Part shown: one piece after another, positions 56,780 through 64,000 of the stretch | How the letters are laid out: each line of letters begins with the position of its first letter | Position numbering within the stretch: the first letter of the stretch is position 1 | Notes under the pieces: model-generated | The model's database searches: none | What the model saw: the letters and a program-made list of their open reading frames with translations, nothing else | What the model was told of the DNA's origin: nothing | Program-made: the position numbers and the translations under genes | Assembly: GCA_965140445.1 (NCBI GenBank) | Contig: OZ223236.1 | Coordinates: forward strand, 3,904,001-3,968,000 | Length of the DNA: 64,000 bases | From: Candidatus Ozemobacteraceae bacterium | Lineage (GTDB): Bacteria; Muiribacteriota; Ozemobacteria; Ozemobacterales; Ozemobacteraceae | Reading direction: 5' to 3'

Positions 56780-59380
56780 ATGAAGAGAATCTTTGTCAGA
56801 ATCATTTTAACTCTTTTTCTTTTCAATATTGCAGGAATATTTCCTGGATACTGCAACGAAACCAAAGAAGTATTAGTTCTAAACTCCTACCACAAAGGAT
56901 ACATATGGTCAGATGAAATTGTTTCTGAACTAGAAGCACTAGTTCGAACTCACGGCAATTTCAATCTAAACATCGAATACCTTGATTCAAAAAAAAATCC
57001 AAATAAACTCGCAAGTGAAACAGCATATTTTGTTTTAAAAAATAAGTATCCAGACACCAAATTTCTTGCTGTATTAGCCTGCGATGACTTTGCTACAGAA
57101 TTTGCAATAAAAAACCACCAAAGTCTTTTCCCTAAGGTGCCAGTGATATTTTGTGGGGTCAACAACCCATCTCTACCAAAAACCGAGTTTTCGACAGGAG
57201 TTTTTGAAAAAATCTTTATAAACGAAATTCTGCATTATGCATTAAAGTTCCATCCTGGAGTAAAAAATATCTATTTTCTAACAGACGCAACTTTAACTGG
57301 CATAAATATGAAAAAAAGTATTCAGGAAGAGTTAAACGATAAATTCAAACCAATCTCTCATTTTCTTTCCGGTGAAAAATTATCAACAATTGATTTAAAA
57401 CAGAGAATATCCAGATTAAGTGCTAATGATATTATTTTAACCATGCCGTGGATGTTGGATAAAGATGGAAAAAGAAACAATTTTTTAGATTTAAGCAAAG
57501 AGCTGTTTGAAAAATCAAAATCTCCGATATACAGTTTTTCAGTAATTAAAGACTATGTTATTGGTGGTATTCTACCACCAGCGAAAACTCAGGGAAAAAT
57601 CGCATACAAAATTTTGGAACAAATTAATAACGGGAAACAAGTAAGTGATATTCCACTTAAAACTCCTGAGATAAGCGGATGGTTTTTTAACAATTCACAA
57701 CTAAAAAAATGGCGCATCCCAATTTCAGCTTTGCCAGAAAACAGCAATATTTACAATCGAAGCAATTTTTTTGACAAGCACAAAATGGAAATCACTTTGC
57801 TTACGGCACTGTTTTTTATCCAGTTAAGCGCCATATTATTATTACTAATAGAGAGAAAAAAAAGAATCAAATTCGAAAATGATTTAATAAAATCAGAAAA
57901 TGAAAAGCACTTAATCCTAACCAATATTGAAGAATCAATTGCCTTTTTAGATAAGGATCTAAACGTTTTATGGACAAATAAACACAGCAAATCAGACACA
58001 AAAAATCTGTCCAAAAATGTGTCAACAGAATCCTGCTATCTTTCAATCATTGAGAACCATACTCCATGCGAAGATTGTTCTGTCTTAAAATCTATCAGAA
58101 GCAAGAAAACAGAAATTGCAGAGTTAAAAACTCCAGACGGAAGAGTGTTGCGAAAAACAGCCATTCCGGTTTTCAATGAAAAAGGGGATTTTGCTGGAAT
58201 TATTGAATCAAATCTTGATATAACCATACAAAAAAATGCGGAAAGAAAATATGTTCAGGTTCAAAAACTTGACGCTATTGGCCAACTTGCAGCAGGTCTC
58301 GCGCACGACTTTAACAATATTCTTCAGGCTATGACCGGTTATCTGGAATTGCTTAAAGATTCAAACCTTGGAGAAATAGAAAAAGATTATTTAAAACTAT
58401 CCCTTGAAGCTGGAGAAATGGGGAAAGAGCTTATCAAACAACTTCTTACTTTCAGTAAAAAAGATAAGTCCACTGAAATTACGCCAATAGATGTTAATTC
58501 AATATGTAATAATTTCAAAAAGCTTTTAACAAGAGTAATTCCTTCAAATATAAATCTTTCATTATCTTTACTGCCATCACCAATAATAGTTTCCGGGAGT
58601 AAAAGTAAATTGGAACAGATTTTAATGAATCTATGTATTAATGCTCGAGATGCAATGCCAGAGGGCGGAAACATTTCAATTTCCACAGAAATTAAAAATA
58701 TTGAACAAACCTGGCAAACCATTTCTGGAAGGCTACCTCCAGGATTATATTGCATGATCAGAATTACAGATAATGGAGAAGGAATCTCAGATAAAAATAT
58801 GGAGCGCATTTTTGAACCATTTTTTACGACAAAACCTCAGGGAAAGGGCACAGGCTTGGGATTGGCAAGTGTTTTTGGAATTGTAAAAGAACTTGGCGGA
58901 TCTATAGAAGTGAATTCGAAACCTGGGGAAGGAACTTCTTTTAAACTTTTTCTGCCTCTTCTAACCTTAAACGACCATGCATCAGTTGAAGCCAATTGTG
59001 CCGAGAATGCAATTAACATCAAAGGTAATGATGAACTGATCCTGGTAGCAGAAGACAATGATTTGGTAAGAAACCTTTTAAAAAGCCTGCTTACCAAATC
59101 AGGTTACCGTGTAATTTCGTTCTCTGATGGCCAATCTGCGTTAGACTTTTTACAAAGTGACCAGGAAAAACCAGCTTTGCTATTGCTGGACATAGTAATG
59201 CCAAGATTAATGGGTACAGCAGTGGCAAAAATAGCTAAAGAGGACTTCCCAGAAATTCCAATCCTATTTTGCAGTGGCTATAGTAAAGATCAGCTAAGTG
59301 AAAAACCGGACGGTCCAATTGTTTTAAAACCATTTTCAAAAAAGGATTTGATCACTTCCGTGAAAAATCTTTTAGGCTAA
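56780..59380 (+). CDS. Membrane hybrid histidine kinase (SBP-like periplasmic sensor-TM-PAS-HisKA-HATPase-REC)
   Basis: LVLNSYHKGYIWSD..EYLDSK..PVIFCGVN; GLAHDFNNIL; NLCINARDAM; GTGLGL; AEDN..LDIVMP..KPF. Confidence 0.9.
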   Translation: MKRIFVRIILTLFLFNIAGIFPGYCNETKEVLVLNSYHKGYIWSDEIVSELEALVRTHGNFNLNIEYLDSKKNPNKLASETAYFVLKNKYPDTKFLAVLACDDFATEFAIKNHQSLFPKVPVIFCGVNNPSLPKTEFSTGVFEKIFINEILHYALKFHPGVKNIYFLTDATLTGINMKKSIQEELNDKFKPISHFLSGEKLSTIDLKQRISRLSANDIILTMPWMLDKDGKRNNFLDLSKELFEKSKSPIYSFSVIKDYVIGGILPPAKTQGKIAYKILEQINNGKQVSDIPLKTPEISGWFFNNSQLKKWRIPISALPENSNIYNRSNFFDKHKMEITLLTALFFIQLSAILLLLIERKKRIKFENDLIKSENEKHLILTNIEESIAFLDKDLNVLWTNKHSKSDTKNLSKNVSTESCYLSIIENHTPCEDCSVLKSIRSKKTEIAELKTPDGRVLRKTAIPVFNEKGDFAGIIESNLDITIQKNAERKYVQVQKLDAIGQLAAGLAHDFNNILQAMTGYLELLKDSNLGEIEKDYLKLSLEAGEMGKELIKQLLTFSKKDKSTEITPIDVNSICNNFKKLLTRVIPSNINLSLSLLPSPIIVSGSKSKLEQILMNLCINARDAMPEGGNISISTEIKNIEQTWQTISGRLPPGLYCMIRITDNGEGISDKNMERIFEPFFTTKPQGKGTGLGLASVFGIVKELGGSIEVNSKPGEGTSFKLFLPLLTLNDHASVEANCAENAINIKGNDELILVAEDNDLVRNLLKSLLTKSGYRVISFSDGQSALDFLQSDQEKPALLLLDIVMPRLMGTAVAKIAKEDFPEIPILFCSGYSKDQLSEKPDGPIVLKPFSKKDLITSVKNLLG

Positions 59381-59433
59381 CTTTATTCAGTATTCATTGC
59401 AAAATAATCCGGGCATATTTCTAATCTTCATTA

Positions 59434-59478
59434 TTGACAAAAGTTCCAAATTGCCATAACCTGACTGACTAGTCAGTC
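59434..59478 (+). promoter_or_regulatory. Sigma70 promoter with adjacent perfect 16-bp palindrome (TetR operator)
   Basis: TTGACA-N17-TAACCT followed directly by GACTGACTAGTCAGTC (59463-59478). Confidence 0.8.
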
Positions 59479-59501
59479 TAAAGTGAAAATTTGGAGTAGT
59501 A

Positions 59502-60080
59502 ATGGCAAATTCAAAAAAAGAACAGTTGCTTTCCGCTGGTTTGGAAGCAATGTTTGAAAAAGGATTCGAAAAAACCACAATTGATGACATTGTTCAAAAT
59601 GCAAGCTGTGGCAAAGGAACCTTTTACAGATATTTTAAAAACAAAGAAGATTTACTTGATACCCTTACAAATAATTTTGGTGAATCGCTATCAAAAGAGT
59701 TAAAAGCTTCATTTTGTTCAAAAAAAAGCTTTAGAGACAACATTCTTGCTTTAATGAAAACCTATTTCGCCAAATTTAGAGACAATCATAAGCTTGGCTT
59801 CGTTATTCATCAAAAAGAGCTTTCGCACAAAAATATAGACTCATGCAAGCATCCTGCATCCAAAATTATAATTCCACAATTGTCACAATTTAGAGAATGT
59901 GTTCAGCAGGCCATTGAAGATAACACTCTAGAAAAAAACGACCCCGAGACATTAGTAAATTTACTGTTCGGCTCTATCCACTTTTTCCTTTTCCGTGAAA
60001 AAATTCTAGGACTCGCTTTCAACGAAGTTGATCTGGAAAAAACTCTCGATATCATTTTAAATGGAGCATTAAAAAAATGA
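59502..60080 (+). CDS. TetR/AcrR family transcriptional regulator
   Basis: KGFEKTTIDDIVQNASCGKGTFYRYFKNKEDL. Confidence 0.95.
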   Translation: MANSKKEQLLSAGLEAMFEKGFEKTTIDDIVQNASCGKGTFYRYFKNKEDLLDTLTNNFGESLSKELKASFCSKKSFRDNILALMKTYFAKFRDNHKLGFVIHQKELSHKNIDSCKHPASKIIIPQLSQFRECVQQAIEDNTLEKNDPETLVNLLFGSIHFFLFREKILGLAFNEVDLEKTLDIILNGALKK

Positions 60081-61429
60081 AAACACGCTTAATTACAATC
60101 GCCCTACTTCTTTTAATGACCTCAAGCCTAAATGCAGCAAACCTGGAACAACTTTCAAAAATTGCCATTGAAAGAAATTTAAAAGTTAAAATTTCTCAAT
60201 TGGAAATTGAACAAAGCCTCCTTGATTTAAAAAACAGCGAAATAAAGATGATACCTGACGTCTCACTGGCTTTGAATAAATCCCATAAAACATTTAAGGA
60301 CGACTACCAAAAAAGCAGTCCCTTTAGTTTTGATTCTACTCTTGCTTACAGTCTAAAATTGACTCAGTCTTATCCAGGATTAGGAAAAATCCCCTGGTTA
60401 AACAAAGAAATTGCCAAGCTGAAAACGCAAGCCAAAGAAACCAGTTTAAAAAAATCTGAAGTAAAACTTCTAAGAGACCTTACTAAAACTTTTTTCAAAC
60501 TGGTTAAAGAGCAGGAACTGGCAAAAATTCACAAAACAGACTTGTTTCTAATAAAAGAGCTTCTAAAAGTAGCCAAACTAAATCTTGAAGTTGGATTAGT
60601 TTTAAAAAGCGACATTCTTCGAATAGAAGTTGAACAACTAAACTCAGAAGCCAGCCTGGTTGAATCTGAGAACAACTACTCTAATCTAATCGTTGACCTG
60701 GAAAATTTGTTGAATCTTGAGGATCTTGGTTCAATAACAGTAGAGCTCCCTTCAAGCTTAAAGTTCTCACCACAAGCTTTCGTTGCAAGCGATAGCTTAG
60801 AAATGGTTATGAAAAAAGACCTGGAAATTAAGCTGGCAGAAAACGATTCTGCAATTTTGAGAAAAGCAGAAAAACTTTCCAGGAGTGCGTATTTGCCAAC
60901 ACTAAGCTTTGACAGCTCTTACAACTATGGTAGAAAAATGGGTCCTATTGAAGGAACCAAAGACATTTCGGCAACTTTTGTGCTATCAACCCCTATTTAT
61001 GATAGTGGCGAAATTGAAAACGGCATCAGAATGGCCCAAAAAAATCGAAAAATAAATGACCTTCGAATTGATGATCTAAAAAACCAAAAAAAGTCAGATT
61101 TAGAAAAGGCAATTTCTAACTATGAAGAAGCCATAAAAAGAAAAGCTTTTGCTGAAAAAGCAGTAGAGCACAGCTACGAAAATATGCGAATAGTTTTTTC
61201 AAGATACCAGGAAGGCGATGCATCAATAGTTGAGCTGGTAGATGCTCAACGCATAATAACCAACTCAGCTCAAACTGCAGTAAAAGCATATTATGATGAA
61301 CGTGAAAGGGTTTCAGAAATATTTTTGCAAACCCTTCAGCTTGAGAAAATAAAGGACCTTGATAAAAACCCCTCACCATTAAACGTCGATTTATTGCTTA
61401 AGAGCTTAAATCTTGGAGAAACAAAATGA
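60077..61429 (+). CDS. TolC family outer-membrane efflux protein
   Basis: Signal peptide, two OEP repeats (SAYLPTLSF, PIYDSG, RYQEGDASIVELVDAQ); ATGA overlaps with neighbours. Confidence 0.9.
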   Translation: MKTRLITIALLLLMTSSLNAANLEQLSKIAIERNLKVKISQLEIEQSLLDLKNSEIKMIPDVSLALNKSHKTFKDDYQKSSPFSFDSTLAYSLKLTQSYPGLGKIPWLNKEIAKLKTQAKETSLKKSEVKLLRDLTKTFFKLVKEQELAKIHKTDLFLIKELLKVAKLNLEVGLVLKSDILRIEVEQLNSEASLVESENNYSNLIVDLENLLNLEDLGSITVELPSSLKFSPQAFVASDSLEMVMKKDLEIKLAENDSAILRKAEKLSRSAYLPTLSFDSSYNYGRKMGPIEGTKDISATFVLSTPIYDSGEIENGIRMAQKNRKINDLRIDDLKNQKKSDLEKAISNYEEAIKRKAFAEKAVEHSYENMRIVFSRYQEGDASIVELVDAQRIITNSAQTAVKAYYDERERVSEIFLQTLQLEKIKDLDKNPSPLNVDLLLKSLNLGETK

Positions 61430-62442
61430 AACGAATAATATTTTTGATATTAGTAATGAGTCTAATTTCATTGACAGTACAAGCACAGGAAAATGTCATT
61501 GTATCAAAGCCAATAATCGGCAAGATAGAAAGAATATTAAATTTCACAGGAGAAACCAGACCCATAATAGAAAGTTACGCAGCCTGCGATGTTTCCGGCC
61601 CAGTTGCTGCTATATCAGTGGAGGATGGGCAAAAGGTAAAAGCAGGACAATCCCTTGCCACCATAGATAAATCCAGATTTGCTCTAGACTACAGATTGAT
61701 GGAAGCATCGCTGGATATTGCTAAACAGCAGGAAATCGAAGCTAAGAAAGACTATGACCGTAACAAAACTCTCCATGACAAAGGCGCAATAACCCAAAAA
61801 ACTTTTGACCGCGCAGAAACACTTTTAATAAATGCCAAAAGTAGCTTAAAACAAGCTAAAGCAAACTTTGATCGTGCAAAGCTTGATCTGGAAAGGTGCG
61901 AAATAAAATCTCCAATTGATGGTTATTTCGTGGACAGATCCATTGAAATAGGACAAGCAATGCAGCGTGGACAAAATATGGGAATGGTAATCGATCTGGA
62001 CACCATTTTTGTTGAAGCACAAATTCCAGGCAACGATATCCGTCACATAAAAATAGGACAGAAATGTCTTATTGAAGGGAAGTTAGAAGGAACTGTTTCC
62101 TTTATAAACCTTTATGCAGATAATTCTCGATCATTTAAAGTAAAAATTGCTGTACCTAATCCTGATTTAATGTTCAAAGCTAATATGTTTGTAAAAGGTC
62201 AAATAACTCTAGAGGAATACAATAACGTAGCTTTATTCCCATCAAGAGCCATAAGAAATTACCGGGGTAAATATGTTGTTTACACGGTAGATGGAACTAA
62301 AGCCAAAAGACAGGAGATCTCTATAATAGCTCAGGACGGCGAATCAACTTACGCAAAAGAAATAAATGCAGATACAACCTTAGTATTAGTCGGCCAAGAC
62401 AATCTTTCCGAAGAATCCGAAGTAATAATCAGAGAACAATAA
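61426..62442 (+). CDS. RND efflux periplasmic adaptor (MFP)
   Basis: VSGPV..VEDGQKVKAGQSLA, coiled coil, IKSPIDG..GQ. Confidence 0.92.
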   Translation: MKRIIFLILVMSLISLTVQAQENVIVSKPIIGKIERILNFTGETRPIIESYAACDVSGPVAAISVEDGQKVKAGQSLATIDKSRFALDYRLMEASLDIAKQQEIEAKKDYDRNKTLHDKGAITQKTFDRAETLLINAKSSLKQAKANFDRAKLDLERCEIKSPIDGYFVDRSIEIGQAMQRGQNMGMVIDLDTIFVEAQIPGNDIRHIKIGQKCLIEGKLEGTVSFINLYADNSRSFKVKIAVPNPDLMFKANMFVKGQITLEEYNNVALFPSRAIRNYRGKYVVYTVDGTKAKRQEISIIAQDGESTYAKEINADTTLVLVGQDNLSEESEVIIREQ

Positions 62443-62449
62443 AAACATT

Positions 62450-64000
62450 ATGAGTATACCAAGACTATCAATTGACAGACCAATTTCTGTCACCATGCTT
62501 ATGCTGGCCATGGCCCTAATAGGGCTGGCAGCAGGACTATCGTTTAATGTTTCACTATTTCCAGACCTGGACATTCCGGTTGCTTTTGTTCAGGCTCCCT
62601 ACCCCGGTGTTGATCCTGCACAGATGGAAAACATCGTTACCAGAAAAATCGAAGACCAGGTTAATACCGTTGAAAACATTGATAAAATAGAATCCTACTC
62701 TGTTGAAGGCTTCTCACAAATTGTAATTTCTTTTAACTATGGAACGGACATTGATTTGGCAGGAGTGGATCTAAGAGCAAAAGTAGATCTGGCTAAGCGT
62801 GATCTTCCGAGGGATATTGAACAGATTACAGTTTCCAAAGTAGACTTAAATGCAACTCCAGTATTAAATGTCGCTCTCGGCGGAGACTTTGATTTAGTTG
62901 AACTGAGAAAAATCGCTGATAGAGAAATTAAGCCAGCTTTCCAGAGAATCAGCGGCGTAGCAAACGTTGAGATAAAAGGTGGGCTTGAAAGAGAAATTCG
63001 GATAAAGGTTTTCCCCGATAAGCTTAAAGCCATGAACCTTGAAATTAACGACATTATTGATGCTGTTAACAGAGACAACCAAAATACTTCTATCGGTAAC
63101 ATTAATGAAGGAAACTTCAAATATCTAATCAGATCAGAGGGAGAAGCCAAAACACCTCAAGATCTTGGAAGAATAATTGTAAAAGAAATAGATTCCAGAC
63201 CGGTTTACCTCTCAGAGCTTGCGGTTATTGAAGACTCTCACAAAGACATTGAAGCCATATCACGAATTAATGGCCTGACTTCAGTAAACCTTGAAATAAA
63301 AAAAGAAGCTGGAGCAAACCCAGTTGTGATCTCAGATGAAGCCAAAAAGCTCATTCCAAAACTGATTGAAAAGTATAAAGGAAAAATGACAATCATCATT
63401 GGAAAGGATTCAACGGACTTTATTCGTGATTCTATTCAGATGGTAAAAGACAATGCCTTTATGGGAGGGTTATTTGCCCTCACTATCCTTTTTATCTTTT
63501 TAAAAAATTACCGATCCACAATCATTATTGGAATAAGCATACCAATCGCTATCCTCGCAACATTTGGCATGTTGACAGTAAAAAAAGATATCACCTTGAA
63601 CCTGATGACCCTTGGCGGACTAGCCCTTGGGATAGGTATGATGATCGACAATGCAATTGTTGTAATAGAAAACATCTTCAGATATTTCAGAGACAACAAA
63701 GATGGAGATAAAAAAGAACTTACAGCAAAAGCAACCGAAGAAGTTTTGATGCCGATTGTTGCATCAACAGCAACAACGGTCGCCGTTTTTCTTCCCATCG
63801 GCTTTGTTCCACAGGTTGTTGGTGAAGTTTTCTTCAATATGTCCCTGGCAATTGTTTTCTCCCTGCTGGCATCCCTAATTGTTGCAATAACGCTGATTCC
63901 AATGCTCTGTTCTAGATTCTTAGAGCTTGATGGGCTATTTATGGAAGACATTATTGTAAAAGTATACAAATCTATTTTTAAATGGATTAAAGCCAATATT
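62450..64000 (+). CDS. RND efflux permease (AcrB/AcrD/AcrF family), 3' end runs off the window
   Basis: Not in ORF track. Manual translation MSIPRLSIDRPISVTML..LFPDLDIP..YPG..IVTRKIED; later LNLMTLGGLALGIGMMIDNAIVVIENI and ASTATTVAVFLP. Confidence 0.93.
   Translation, partial: MSIPRLSIDRPISVTMLMLAMALIGLAAGLSFNVSLFPDLDIPVAFVQAPYPGVDPAQMENIVTRKIEDQVNTVENIDKIESYSVEGFSQIVISFNYGTDIDLAGVDLRAKVDLAKRDLPRDIEQITVSKVDLNATPVLNVALGGDFDLVELRKIADREIKPAFQRISGVANVEIKGGLEREIRIKVFPDKLKAMNLEINDIIDAVNRDNQNTSIGNINEGNFKYLIRSEGEAKTPQDLGRIIVKEIDSRPVYLSELAVIEDSHKDIEAISRINGLTSVNLEIKKEAGANPVVISDEAKKLIPKLIEKYKGKMTIIIGKDSTDFIRDSIQMVKDNAFMGGLFALTILFIFLKNYRSTIIIGISIPIAILATFGMLTVKKDITLNLMTLGGLALGIGMMIDNAIVVIENIFRYFRDNKDGDKKELTAKATEEVLMPIVASTATTVAVFLPIGFVPQVVGEVFFNMSLAIVFSLLASLIVAITLIPMLCSRFLELDGLFMEDIIVKVYKSIFKWIKANI

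Noticed and set aside
62386..63996. Minus-strand ORFs 62386..62574, 62737..63150, 62894..63082 and 63508..63996
   Set aside because: Antisense shadows of the truncated RND permease
1..64000. CRISPR array, rRNA/tRNA, IS element or prophage
   Set aside because: No regularly spaced repeats, RNA gene signatures, transposase, integrase or phage structural genes seen

Overview
AT-rich bacterial chromosomal window with about 48 protein-coding genes, one pseudogene, and no rRNA, tRNA, CRISPR array, transposase or integrase that I can recognise. The gene content loosely suggests an anaerobic, signalling-rich diderm; a Candidatus Riflebacteria-like origin is my inference only. Housekeeping and metabolic genes include ettA, a nucleoside phosphorylase, pdxK, glgM-glgE, an Ogt-AlkA fusion, an RRM protein and a TetR-TolC-MFP-RND efflux operon. 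Signalling genes are dense: one non-canonical diadenylate cyclase, three class III adenylate cyclases with different unusual sensor fusions, two hybrid histidine kinases, a CASTOR/POLLUX-like channel and two vWA proteins. Items absent from the ORF track: (i) a near-consensus sigma54 promoter with upstream palindromes driving a 46-codon ORF with a strong RBS and a GC-rich hairpin (15.25-15.62 kb); (ii) a decayed DUF2442 antitoxin-type gene next to the diadenylate cyclase; (iii) a structured 5' UTR on the RRM gene; (iv) a perfect 16-bp TetR operator; (v) the two edge-truncated genes. A stand-alone class II aaRS-like protein downstream of ettA is also notable. All family assignments come from motif recognition by eye; no database search was run.
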